DNA of 63,350 nucleotides, counting the filler, from Sluysia triapertura (taxonomy: Eukaryota), in NCBI GenBank assembly GCA_046118255.1. It is 5 parts of 5 records of this genome, joined end to end, with 100 filler letters (N's around TTAATTAATTAA, not from the genome) between each part and the next. Parts side by side here need not be neighbours in the genome. Positions count along the whole stretch, not along the records: positions 27,463 to 38,910 come from JBJNIA010184624.1; positions 39,011 to 50,662 come from JBJNIA010182424.1; 3 more parts are not named here. One strand, written 5' to 3'. The translations under genes were made by a program, and so were the position numbers. The notes under the pieces are model-generated. The model did not search any database. It was not told where the DNA came from and was given only the letters and a program-made list of their open reading frames with translations. Below, one piece after another: positions 27,463-40,907 of the stretch. Numbering within the stretch: position 1 is the first letter of the stretch; every line of letters begins with the position of its first letter.

Positions 27463-27535
27463 TATATGTGCCGCTGGTCTCTGGTAACGAATTACAGTGG
27501 CACACATATGTGCCGGCTGGTAGCGAACGAGTTAA
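27463..27535 (-). mobile_element. piggyBac-like terminus at contig edge
   Basis: rc TTAA-CTCGTTCGCTACCAGCCGGCACATATGTGTGCC with a repeated ATATGTGCCG. Confidence 0.45.
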
Positions 27536-27660
27536 ACAATCAATTTCATAGAAACTGCAAAATGGTTTTAATATTGGAATACGATAAAAATAGTGATAGT
27601 ATTCTTAATTTAGAAGTATTTTTAAAAATTCCAGAATAAATAAAATAATTATAAAAAAGA

Positions 27661-28880
27661 ATGGTAATTTATCAATTGATTTTGCTATTAAAGAAAGTAT
27701 TAAATCAACTAATGATATTAACCAATTTAATTCTAATTACAATTTGGAAAATCCACGTGATTTTACCTGAGCTCGTAATTAATATAAGTAATGATATTAG
27801 TGATAGTGATATAATCAGTAATATTATTGATGGAAATATAAAAATTAATCGATTAATTAAAGTTGGTGAGGCTTTAAATTTTATGTTTTCTAAATCAAGT
27901 AGAGATGGATTATTCAATGCATTATTTGGTAAACAAAATGAAAATCATTTAAAAAATAAAATTACCTCAAATGACTTAATAATATTTTGTAATCGAAAGT
28001 TGAAAATACACGAAATAATATTAATAAATCAAACATTACATTAGAAATCCAACGAATCACAAAATGAATTTGAAGTTAGGAAGGTGATTTAAAAATGGTC
28101 AAAAATAAGTTCTTTTGGCCAATTCCAACCGTGCTTAGCAAAAATAATTTAACTTTGACAAAAGTTATTCCGGTTTATTGAAAATTATTAATAATTCATT
28201 ATAGAGTCACAAATTACCGTCAAGTGAAAAAGTATCCATGCATTATTTCATTTGAATAATTGCCCTTTTAAATAAAGCATTCATTGAAAAATTTTCCACA
28301 TTTTTTGAAAAAATTAAACTGCTTATAGTGCTCGAGTCTATCTGCTGAGCCTATCACTCATCAGAAACATTAACTTATGAATAAATTATGATATTTTACA
28401 TTGTTTTAGTCGTAATTAATGCGTTGTATTTCAGCTTTGGACACCACCAGTTTGATATTAGATCCACAAATACGAAATTTAGATGAAGAAAATAATCATA
28501 GTACAATTTTCAAGGAAATATTTTCTAGGCAACTGCCAATAAAATCCTCAAAACGAATAATAATTCTCGTACAAAACTTAATATCGTGCTCAATAGTTCG
28601 ACACAATCCAATTAAAAACAAAGCTACAATGAAAATATTATATCATAAATCACCAATCAATTCGAATGAAGTCAGTATGCAGTCAACAAAAAATATTTCC
28701 CAAAATAATGCATCTGGTCATAAACCCATAAAACATCAAAATACTTTTGAATTTAATGAACAAACTTTGATTAACAAATCCTTACAACATTGTTTAATTC
28801 AGTGTCATTTAAATATTGCTAATAATATTCAAAATAGTATTAAAATGATTATTAAATCAAAATTTGCAACCTTGAATTAA
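27661..28880 (+). pseudogene. Unidentified decayed gene
   Basis: Co-oriented ORF pieces 27661-28044 and 28419-28880. Confidence 0.3.
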
Positions 28881-30956
28881 TTATTGATACATTTGAAATT
28901 ACGTAGCTTTATAAAATTAAGGGTTATGATTAAATGTTTTATTTCCTTTAGAAATTTCTAAAACTCTGTTTAATATTAAAAAATGGCATTTCATAAATTT
29001 AAACTTGGTAAGAGTCATCCAGTAATAAATTTAAAGTATAACAATTAAATAAAGAATATTTTACTAGTTTAGATCACATTTTAAAAAATACTTCTTTTTT
29101 TTCAAAAGAGCATCCAAGTGGCTAATTAAATTATCAAGTTGCTTCAAAAAAATTAAAGCTGTTTTTAAATGAAACGGTGCATTATCTTAAAATAATGCTC
29201 TAAAAATATCAAATAAGTAGAGAAGCTTATAATAAATTCCTAATATTAACTGCTTATTTTCACAATTTAATTTGAACTATACAATATTCTTTTGCCGCTG
29301 TTTGACTTTTACTCTTGTACCAAATTTAGCTTATGAAACTCATTTAAAACTTACAAGTATCTATTTTAATCGTAATAAAATTAGTTTCTTATATTTGATA
29401 GTCAGAAGACTGACTTATAAACTTGTTAATAAGTCGTCTTTTAAAATGTCTAAATCATCTAAGTAATATAAAATTAAAATAGTATATTATTCCGCATTCA
29501 ACAAGATTGCTTTTCGTATTTTATTGTACAATAATATCGAAATTGAGTAATAGATCTTTACGTACTAGCAATTGTTACTAGTCATTATGTGGATTAAGAT
29601 GTAAAATTTCGGGTAAATTTTTCTTCATTCAAAAATTATTCATAAAACTCTTAAAATCAAATAAAAGTTTAAATATTTGTAAACAATTTATTTCTAATCT
29701 TTTTAAAAAATTAGCTTTATTTAATTTTTTGATTTTTTTTGAATATTATTTTATGATTTTTAAATACATTTTGTATTTTTTCGTAGTTATTTTTGGTGAA
29801 GAGAATTTTCCTGAAACTTTGATTATGGTTAATACTTATATAAGATAATATGTGCAATTCTTGAAAAATTTCTTTTACATATGGTTGTGAAATATGAAAA
29901 TGCTTTATTTCCTAACATGTATAATAACAAAAATGTGAAAGACGAGAATTATATCAGAATAAAATTGCCGCTCTAATTTCTTTATCAGTCTACAACTAAA
30001 ATTAAAACTAACTTTTTATTTGGAGTTGGTTGATGCTCCTGCTCTACAGTTGTTTCTCTCTCCTATAAATTGCAAGATCTGACTGTTATTTATTTACATA
30101 CGTGAGTTCCTTACAATCTTAGTCTTACACACTTAAGGGCTAAGTTATAAGTAGCAATCAAAAATAAATAATGGAGGTTAATATTAATTAAGTAATTATT
30201 CAATGTGTAATATTTATCCGTACAGTAATTGGAATTGTAAAGTCACAATGCGATTGATGTTTTTACAAGGTAATGTTAATGAGTTTGCTTAGCAAATTAG
30301 TTTTGAAATGATTTTTCTACTGTTCTTTTTATTAAAAACGGTTTTTTAATGAAATTTACTACTGATAAAATAGGTTTATGTTTCTAATTTTAATAAATTT
30401 ACGTTACTAGTATATGACCGAGTATAAAATCGGCACCTTATAATTCAATCAATAATAAAATAAATTCTAAAGGTATGTTAAACAAATGATAAAAATATTA
30501 TAAAAGTGCTATAAATGTATAAAATAAAAATTTATCAATTTTTTCGAAAGTTTATGTAAATTTTATTAGACAACTGAAAAATGTCTTTAAAATTAATAAA
30601 AATTTACGTAATGTTTATAATTCTTAATAAATTGAAAATGAACTTATGTAAAATTAACTAACGAAAAAATTCCTCTTTCAGAATGAAATATTTCTATGTT
30701 TGCCAAAGTCGAAGATTTTCAATAAACTTTTCGTTCCAATAAATTTATCTTTGAATATTCTCCAACTAATCTTTGTTCTGGTAGTTATTCCCTTATATAT
30801 TTTTCCAATTAATATTTGTATTTTAAATGTCTTTAGATATTTTTTCCGAATATTGTAACCCTTTTAAAATATATCTCGTGTAAATTAAGTATCTTGTGTG
30901 TGTGATTTAGAATTTGATTGCTATATAATTTTTTTTTCTTTGACCTTGAATGTATT

Positions 30957-31900
30957 TGTGGTGGCCAACCTTATAACCTTAACAAATTTTACTAAAATTC
31001 CGTCTTAAACATATCAAAATCTCACAAATCTTTAAAATACACACTACACATTTTAAATCTAGTAAAAACCAAGCCATCATATCTAAAATTATACCCTTTA
31101 ACAATATACCACAACCTTGTAAAATTCATCACAATTATTTTTATATTTCATTTCTTTGCAAATCCACAAAATCAAATACACCCTCAAAATCTACAATTCA
31201 TATTCAAAAATTAATATAAAACAATATCAAACTAAATCAACACATTGAACATAAAACCATATCCTTTAACATTTTAACATTCACATATTTATCCTCTCCA
31301 CATTCACTAAAACAGTTCATCTGCCAAAGTCAATTTATATTCACAATCTCATAACATATAAACCACAACGACATCCAATACCATCAATTTACATTAACAG
31401 ATTCATCAAAAATATTTTACTCGACATTCATAACAATCTAACGACAACCACATTCGAAATTATTTACCCAATACCTTCAAATCAATTCGAACATTTTTAA
31501 TTCAGCATTTGTTATCTAATTACCAACAGCACAAAAAACAATATCACTTAAAATTAGCAAGAGAATAAATTAGATTTTTAACATTATATAATCACCTTCT
31601 GAACATATCAAAGTTAGACTATAACTCATCTACTTTTATACGTCAAGCTACGCCTTTATAACATATTAAAAATTCATAATTTAATATTATCTTCAACCAG
31701 AAATAAGACTCCATGCAGAGTATTCTAACTTTCACACAAAAATCCTTTGCGTTTCAAAATATTTTTAATTCACATTAACAAATAGCATTAAGAAATTACA
31801 CTATACATTATAATTATTCCAAAGCACCAGCGTCACTATCACACCTTGAAGTCTTAACCAATACATTTGACATTAAGTCGTAACACCACAAATTCACTAT
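30957..31900 (+). repeat. Twin-hairpin module, copy F (5' part only)
   Basis: TGTGGTGGCCAACC at ~30957; AAACTAAATCAACACATTG..ATAAAACCATAT shared with copy D. Confidence 0.75.
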
Positions 31901-33763
31901 TTTTCAGGAGTCTTACTCTACGAATGTTTCTAATGTTCTATCTTTTACTTCATATCAATTTTTCCATTATTTGATAATTCTTTGTTCATTCTCCTTTACG
32001 GTTCCACAGTCGGGCAATACCAACAAATATATGTAATGAATTTTTAGTTGATTCTAATGATATTGATCATTAGTTCTGGATCTTACGATTGAGCGCATAA
32101 ATTATGCTTTAAAACTTGGTGTATAATTTGTTACACATTTTTTATTAGTACGTGTTCGGGGGATTTTATCACGCAACAGGGACATAATAAAAATTATCCA
32201 AATTATAATGGTAGGAATAAGTTTTGTATATTATTTTTGAAATCCCCCTTCGATTTTTTTAATAAGTGCGGAGAAATTCCCCTTGGATTTTTGTTTAATA
32301 TTATAAAATAGTTTTTAGGGAATTCCTTTTTAAATTAAATTAAAATAAGTTTTGTATATTGCGGTGTAAATTATAGATTGAATAATTTTAGGAATTAATT
32401 ATGAAGTATGTTTTTCATAAAATATAAGGATTAATATTGTTGCCAAATAAATTATGTTGTATAACCCTTAGAGTTGAATATATACTTTATAGCTTAGGAT
32501 TTCTATTTTATTTGATAATTAATGGAAATGCAGATTGTGAATAAAGTTTATTTTAAGGATTGTATTTAATCTTGTGATTATCGCAGTTTTTGATTATTTT
32601 GATTTTGTAATTCAGTTATTGTTAACAAATTTTATAAAAAAGATATGACGAATATTTAATTTTTTTGTGATTTGCTAATGTTGGTCGAAACATTTGTAGG
32701 ATTTTTAGTTTTAGATTTTAAATTCAAATCTTATTCCGTTGAAATAACAGTAGTATGTTACTTGACAATTGGTATTTATTTATTGAGATAAAGTTAAGAA
32801 TATATTGCTGAAATTAAAATGTAATTTAAATTTGAATAATTACACCAAAGTTTAATAATACTTTTACATTTATTTTAATATCAAAACCAACAGTATTGTG
32901 CAACATAAATAATGCATTTTATTCATAAATTGTTTTGTTTAATCTTCAAAAACCATTTGTTAGATAAATACGATATTAGTCTTGTAAATATCTCATTTTA
33001 AAGTTTTTTTTAATAAAAATTGTTAAGATCAACTAAACACTACGGATAAATTGTTTCCGGTTATACGTTGAAAATCAGATAATAGGGAATGTTTATGTGA
33101 CTTTTATAAATTGTACAAGATATTTAATGAACTCGAATTTACTATGTGAGAAATATTGTTCGACAAAAAATAACTAAATTCCCACATCCATAGACTACAT
33201 AGCTTGTTGTGAAAAGTTGATGATGTTTAAGATTGATAGATTATTGTTATTTTTAAAATTTAAATTTATTTTATTTTTAACTTTACAAAATTTAAAATTA
33301 ACTTTTATTAAAGATTCTCCGTTAGAATTTTTTAGTTCGAAACTAATTGTAATATCTTCCCTATACAGATATTGAAAATAAAACGTAGAGATTTATTTTT
33401 GAAAAATTTTGATTTTAATATTTGACTGTTATGTATGATACTTCTTCTGAATGTTCCTTTTGTAATGGTTGATGATGATTATTAAGTTTTGAATTAAATC
33501 TATGGTTTTTATTATCTTTATATTTTATATTATTTTTGTTTATTAAAAAAATTATGTTTTTGTCTTTCAAAACTAAAATATATGACTTCATTTTGTTGAA
33601 TGAAAAAGAAATAAACATTACAGAAAAATTTATTATTATTTATAAAAATATATAAAAATTTATTATTTTTTGTTTAGAATACAAAAGGCCGGATCCTACT
33701 TACACCTTCTAAGTTGTTATGTTCCCCATCTAAAAAAGAAATACAATTCATAATTTTATAGAT

Positions 33764-34486
33764 TTAAATAAAAGGATGAAATACTTGTTGTTTATTTTGA
33801 GTCGATTTAATGTCCGTAACACAAGGTTTTTGTGCAGTCCGACTATTCTCGAAGATTGATAACCACAAATTGACAATTCGTATGTTGTATGTGCATAAGG
33901 ACAATAACTTCTTTTTTTTAACACATGTATCGCATTCGTTAGTAGAGAATGGGCAAACTGTGATCATTTTAGCTTTAAAATCATCGTGTTTATAATCATT
34001 ATTATTGATATTGTAACTTTTAGCATTAAAATCATTGTCTTTATAAACATCATTATTGATATCGTAACTTTTAGTATTAAAATCATCGTCTTTGTATTGC
34101 TTAACATCAATACAGCAATTCTTATATCTTTCGATTCTATGATTATCAACTTTTTAATGTTTAACATAATTGTTATTATCTTTGTCTTTGTAGTACTCGA
34201 CGTCATTACTACTATCTTTACGTTCTTTAGCTTTAACATCATTAACTTCATAGTACTTAACATCGTTTAACAATTTAAAATTGATTACAATTAATTGTAC
34301 AAATTGAGACAAAATAATGCTACAAAAAATGGTTGAGAATACTCTCTTTAAAATTTTTATTGTCACCAAATTATGAAATTGAGTATAATTATTTTGTGCT
34401 AACTCTACCGTTTTAATTTTAATTTTTGAAACATCATAAAAGCAATTGTGATTAATAATTTTGTGAACCGTTATTTTTAAAATCAA
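33764..34486 (-). pseudogene. Asp/Asn/Lys/Tyr-repeat ORF with one in-frame stop, following module G
   Basis: ORFs 34154..34486 and 33764..33967 are in the same frame, 62 codons apart. The 51-bp tandem unit encodes YDINNDVYKDNDFNAKS. Confidence 0.5.
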
Positions 34487-34519
34487 TATACAAAATTTTT
34501 ATTGTTATTATGAGTAAAG

Positions 34520-35305
34520 CACTCTGATTTGTCGTCAAACCAGAGAAACATAAAGTAGCGATGATAACAAATAATGTGCATCAGCAAATGAACGAGAGAT
34601 AAACCACCACCTATGTTGACATTCATTTATACACAGTGATTAGTTATGTCAGCATGGATGGTGGTAATTGCTGATTTATTTCAAAATAAAAAACTTTTTA
34701 AAAATAATTAATAAAAATAAAAAATTAAAATGATAACAATAATAATACCAACAACAGCATTATTATTATTCTTATTACCACATAAATTCTTATTTCTTAT
34801 GTTAACACGACCTTTTCTTTTATGTTCTTTATTTTCTTGACATATTTGAATTTAGAGAAGATTAAATATGTGATAAAGATGAAGATAAAAAAGGTGATAA
34901 TGATAATAATAAACACAAAAAGTCTTTGTCTTGTAATTTAAACATAAACTTTCTTTTTTTGCTCATAAAGATATTATCAACATATTTAAATCTATTGAAA
35001 TAGGATAGCTTTTAAAGGAAAGATTATGAATTTATGATGTTAAATATCAAGATATGTTGAAAAGATTTGAAAGTGTCTACTGATTAGTTTCGAATGTGAT
35101 TGTGCTGGAATTGTTAAAAACTGAAAAATAAAATGTTTTGAATGATTTTTTTCTGTAATTTAATGGTTTGGAATGTAACTGTGATTTGAATTTTATGAGA
35201 TTGTGTATTTAGTTGGCTTTAACAGGTAAGATTGTTTTTAATGGATGTAAAAGAGAGAGTTATGAAAGTTTTCAAATGTTTAGAAGTATGGTTTTATGTA
35301 CAGTC
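34520..35305 (-). repeat. Twin-hairpin module, copy G (5'-truncated)
   Basis: IR1 34603-34665 (17/20); CTCTGATTTGTCGTCAAACCAGAG; GT-rich body homologous to 36590-36720 and to the rc of copy D. Confidence 0.75.
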
Positions 35306-35319
35306 ATTAGGGTTATCAA

Positions 35320-35870
35320 TGTTAGTATCACAATACTCGACTTAGACATTAATAACTTCGACACTGCCATCTTCAATATTGTTATTTTGTAAGTCGTTAT
35401 CTCTAATAATGCCAATCACGTTATACTGAAATTTAAAATCAAAATTATATCTCGAAAGTTTTTACTAATTTTACTAAATCATCACTAATTTTATTCTTAA
35501 CATTAATAACTTTATTGTTACATATTTGATAATTGTTATATTCATCATCATCAACTTTATTCTGACTATCTTTAGCAATCATAACTGGAACATTACCATC
35601 TTTACTATTTTCGATTAGGTTAAAGTTAACTTTATAATTGCATATTTGATAATTGTTATATTTATCATCATCAACTTTATAATGATCATCTTGAGCATTA
35701 ATAACTTTAACAGAAAACTGTTTATAGTCATCACATTGTATGAACATAATCAGAATCCAAGACCAATTTTATCACTGTTGTCAAATTTTTTAAAACTACC
35801 ATACAAAAATCTTTATTGCCAATCTCTGTAATTGCTGCCTAATTTTTGTTAGCAATGTTATTTTTACTCC
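35320..35870 (-). pseudogene. Second Asp/Asn/Lys/Tyr-repeat ORF, following module H
   Basis: ORF 35445..35747; the block KVDDD(K/E)YNNYQICN recurs at a 120-bp spacing. Confidence 0.45.
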
Positions 35871-35944
35871 ACCAGTTTTTTGTTAGAAATCTAATCTTAA
35901 AAATTGTGAAATTTTTATTGTCGTACAAAATTTTTAACCTGTAA

Positions 35945-36852
35945 CTTGATTGGTTGTCCAACCAGGAATATATAAAATTACTGAAGAATTCATTCTGGTT
36001 GGACAACCAGTAATAATGTTCAATCTAAGTGACTGAGAAATGAGCCATCATCAATGTTGACGTGAATTAATAGGCAGTAATCAGCAATGTCAACATTGAT
36101 GGTGGTAATCACTGATTTGCTTGTAAATTAGCAGTTTTAAATAAAATAACATTAATAACAATAATGATAAAAATGGTAATAATACAATATTATTATTAAT
36201 GCTTTACGTGATCTTACTTTTATGAATCTTAATTTTCTAGAAATTTCAAAAGTTAAAAGTAAAGAAGAAAACAATATTTTCTTGTATCTTTAATTTTTCT
36301 TATATATTTAACACTCTTAATGATACTTCCGCCTAATGTTAATTGTAAATAATTTTAGGTCTTAAATATTTTGAGGCACTATGTATGTGGAAGTTAGAAT
36401 ATACTTTAATGTTCTAAATATGATGTTTCTAGCTAAAATGTTATTAAAATGGTTATGACTTAAATACTATGAAATAGTGTAAACGTTAAAAAGAGTAATG
36501 AATGTACACTAGTGTTTTGAAAGAAAGTAATGTTAAACTGTTGGGATTAAATGGTACAAGATCGTGAATTTAGAAAGTTTGGATTGTTTTGAAAATGTCT
36601 GTTGATTAATTTCGAAAGTGATTGTGCTTGAATTGTTAAAAAATGAAAAATAAAATATTTTGAATGAATTTTTTATTGTAATTTGATGATATTAATGTCA
36701 CCGTAATTTATATGTTACAAGGTTGTAGATTTTAGGAGTAAAAGTTGTGTTGAGTAAAACTTATGTAAAAAGGATGTTTTGATTAAGTGTTTTGTGAATA
36801 TGTTATACAAATTTTTAATAAAATTTATTAAGAAAATAGTTGGCCACCACAC
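35945..36852 (-). repeat. Twin-hairpin module, copy H (most complete)
   Basis: rc TGTGGTGGCCAAC at ~36839-36851; IR1 36045-36105 (16/17); IR2 TGGTTGTCCAACCAG/CTGGTTGGACAACCA (15/15). Confidence 0.8.
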
Positions 36853-36979
36853 AGCTTATAATTTGTCCCGAATCTTCTATTCGAAAACCCATTAAATACT
36901 TAAATAAAATTTAAATTTTACAAAAATAAACACAAAATACGAAAAAATTTATATTTTTTTTCCAAAGACGAAATTATTA

Positions 36980-38069
36980 CTAATTTTCATTTTCTTCAGA
37001 GGTATAAAAATGAGTTAAAATTTCCGTCTTTAACAAATTGAATATTTTTCGAATTGTGTGTGCATCTTCTTCTGCTGTATGTAATTGTCCTTGTATATCT
37101 TTACCTAAAAATTCCTTAGCCATTCTTTTAAGTCCTATGAATTGATCAGAAGTGTCTAACATTGATTTAATAACAGGAGATGTTGCCAGATCAATTCTAC
37201 GGTTTAGAGGTAAGTGTTTTAAACGAAGCACTTTTAGGTCATTTCGTAAATCGGAACCTACTAAGATAAAGTGTTGTGCAATATGATGAGCAATAATTAT
37301 AGCTTTTGTTTCGTCCATCTGTCCAGTTAATTTCTTATTACTGAATTTAGTTATCCAAGGAACATAATTTTTAACTCTATTTGCTGGAGTTACCAATGTG
37401 TTTAATATTGTTTCACCACTTTCATGAATCACACAAATACTGCCAAGGCTTAATGAATTATTATCTAGTTGCACAAATTCACAATCTATAAAAACGAATT
37501 GTGGTCTTATTGAAATCAAATTTGGAATGAAATAATTCATTTCAACATGTTCCCATGGTTTGTAAATTTCTATCATAAATGAAGTTAATCCAGGAAGTAT
37601 GTGTAAATAATTCCATTTATGTAAAATACCGTAAAATTTGTAAGAATGATTTATAATCATTAAATGATTAAAACCTCGATGTTTCTTATGTCTTGATCTT
37701 AATCGTATGGATCCTTGAGCTACATGAATAATAATGGTTTCATTGAGTTCACTTAGAGATAACATTGGATATAAAGACATATTATACACTTTATGATGAA
37801 ATTGATGTACTAGAATGGATCTTCTTGCACGTGTTGTATATTTAAGATTGTTCGGTAAATAAGTATGTGATGAGAATATTTTAGTCGAATTCAAACTTAA
37901 GTAGTTTCCTATATAAGAATTTAAAGATTGATAACATTTTATAACTAGAGAATACCTGCGCATATTGAAAGTCTTATATTTATGTTTACCTTCTTTAGAA
38001 ATTTTACACTTAATATTTTTACTCATTTCATCCATTTGCATGGGATTTATATTTTCTTGCACTGATGTC
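36980..38069 (-). CDS. DEDDh 3'-5' exonuclease (REX4/ISG20-like) with an unrecognised basic N-terminal region
   Basis: FIDCEFV (ExoI D,E), LVGSDLRNDLKVL (ExoII), LKRMAKEFLGKDIQ..HTAEEDA (ExoIII H,D). Unbroken 360-codon frame; TTTTTAG acceptor just upstream. Confidence 0.9.
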
Positions 38070-38910
38070 TAAAAATAAATTTTTAAATCATATATATATA
38101 TGAATTTTTATGATAATGATTTTTAATAATGAATTTTGTAATAATGAATAATAAAAATGCTTGAAATTACAAATTATTTTAGTACTTTTTAAATATTTAA
38201 TGATCATACATTAACTGTTTATGTATTACATTTCTTTTCAATTATTTTTGTTTTAATTGTAAATTTTTGTACATTTTTTTGAAGAAATCGATTTATTAGT
38301 CTCAATTTGTAAGTATTGTCGATTGTATATCACATTTAAGTTATTGTACATCAAACGTGACCGTGGTAACCAACGGAAAACCAAAATGAAAAAGATATTC
38401 AATTGCAGAAAACAGGCTGTTGCAAATTATAAGCTGGAAAATAAATTTTTTAACAGGGGCATCTATTGTCAATAAATTTAAGATGCCGGGTAAACGAAAT
38501 TGTCAACAATCTTCTTTTCATAAAAATCAGAATATGAAAAAAGATTGCGCAATAAAAATAGCCTTTCAAATATAAAGACATACGAAATATATCCGCACCT
38601 ATGCGAATGGATATCAAGAAATAGGACGTTGAACAATACAATAACAAACTTAATGCTGGAAGAGGTGGCACTAAAAATTAGAACTTTAAAGCCTCCAGGC
38701 CATGGATATTGCTATGACTTTTAAATCAAAGGTTTAATTTAATAATCGAATGACCAATGTTATGACTTTAAATCAAATGTTTAATTTAATCAATAATTCA
38801 ATGACTAACTTTGTGTTATAAATAACCAATCACTTTATAAATAATTGTTTTAAATCAAATGTTTAATGTTTTTAAATCAATAATCACGTATTTTAAAGGA
38901 ATAATATATA

Positions 38911-39010
38911 NNNNNNNNNNNNNNNNNNNNNNNNNNNNNNNNNNNNNNNNNNNNTTAATTAATTAANNNNNNNNNNNNNNNNNNNNNNNNNNNNNNNNNN
39001 NNNNNNNNNN
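38911..39010. other. Artificial contig linker
   Basis: 44 N + TTAATTAATTAA + 44 N. Confidence 0.98.
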
Positions 39011-40469
39011 TAAAAATTCTTATTGATAATAAATTATATTAGGATTTTTTGTTTAATAGTACATCATTGTCTTAGTTTTGATTTGATATAATAGTTGTTG
39101 ACATAGTTATAAAAAAGGGATTACGGTAAAATTATATTTGATATACTAAGGATTGAAATTATTATGATTTAAACTGAAAAAGATAATAATAGTGAGTCTT
39201 AGTAATTCACAAGCTTCAAAGACGCAACAATATTTCACATCTCTACAATTTTACAGTTTTACATTTTTACAATGTTACTATCGCATAATCACTTAACTTC
39301 GTATTTATGTATTTCTATAACTCGATAAATTTTACTTTTAAATATTTATAATATATTGAAAACAAGGAGATATACCACTTCTATCTCTAAAAGAGCATCA
39401 TTAATATCATTCGGAAGACGCATGCAATAGTCAAGATAGTTCTTACTCCTCATTGAGTGATATTCGACCAACCAATACTCATCATCACCATTATCTTCAT
39501 CATTATCAAATCAAAAATTCAAATGGTCAATCACCACTAGTGATTCATAAAAAATCGTCTTCTTCACCACCATCAAAACTTCAGACTACTGATTCATTAA
39601 AAATATGATATTAGCTCATCGTCATTGTCGGATTTAAGCACCTGAACACTGAGACCACCACACAAAAGCCAGCACCAATTTTCACCCAGTTATCTACATT
39701 CAAATAAATTATATCGTTGCATTAAACCGTCATCAAATCTAACGTCAATGCATCATCGTAAATCATTACCAAATTTGTTCCTACTGGATCATAAGCGTCA
39801 GAAACCGCACTTATCAATAAATTCAAAACAATATAAAAAATGAAGCAGAAACCATATTCGAAATAATGGATTCATCTTCCAGATTCCCCGTTTGTAGTGT
39901 TGGCATTTGTTCTGAGCAAAAAGATGAAGGACAATAAGGAATGTTGCTGAATGAAGTGCGCTCCTGCTAACAAATTTAGAGTATTCAAATTGTACTCAAC
40001 GAGAATGTTCAATTTAATTAACTCAAAACAAAATTGATAGTTCTATGTGATATTCATTGACTGCATTATTTAAATACGTGTAACAATTAAATAGCTTTAT
40101 GAAGTGTCACTATAATTTTGACCTGTTTTTTTGAACTTACTAAATTTATTGTACCAAATAAGTAATTTGCATTTCTTGAACTTTATGTTACAGAAGGTAA
40201 AGTCAAGTTGAACTAATGAGCTCAATGATTTGTTTCTTAATTAATTTACACTAAGATAAAATGATGCTTAAAACAACATTTGATCGACATTTGTTATTTG
40301 TATTTTCTTCAGTTATATGTATTATTAATATAAATAAGATCTATATATTAGAAAAATTTATAATAAACAATTACTTTTTTGTTTTAATAATATTAATGGC
40401 GTAATAAGTCAAAAATAGTTTTGGATAGAATTTTTGGTTGCATTTGAAATATTTTAAAAATATTTAAAA

Positions 40470-40855
40470 ATGAATTCGGACCAGGTGCGTTATTCAAATG
40501 ATAGTAAACCTCGGAATTATGGAAATCAAGTTTATAGAGGTATCAAAGGCTTTGAATATTCAACAGAATGGGCTGATTTAATACTTAGTTTAATAGGGTT
40601 GATTAGGGCCTTACAAGCTAACGCAAAATTTATTGCTATTCCAAGAAAACAGATCACTGCAAAAGCTTATCGTCAAGTGGTGTGCAGATCAAAGCATTAG
40701 AATATTATGATGTTATATTTCGAAATATTGACCCTCAAAATTTATCTGATTTATTTATGTACTGCACGGGTTTATTTCCATTTATGTCACCAGCTACAAC
40801 AAATGTAAGAAAACCACTTTTTGATTCATACTACAATTACTGTTTACAATTGAGC
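40470..40855 (+). pseudogene. DOP1: Dopey/DOP1 N-terminal fragment
   Basis: DSKPRNY..IKGFEYSTEWADLI..LQANAKF..IPRK, frameshift with the CLHPALP motif lost, then KALEYYDVIF..DLFMYCTGLFPF. Truncated after about 125 codons. Confidence 0.9.
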
Positions 40856-40907
40856 GTTGAAGTCAAGGACTTGGTTGCTGAAGATACAGCGACTCTCGTT
40901 AAAGGTA

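Noticed and set aside
30690-30790. LKIFDFG kinase-like motif on the minus strand
   Set aside because: No HRD or other kinase motifs nearby.
33964-34270. Overlapping Ile/Met-rich ORFs (33964..34263, 33986..34270)
   Set aside because: Shadow frames of the 51-bp repeat.
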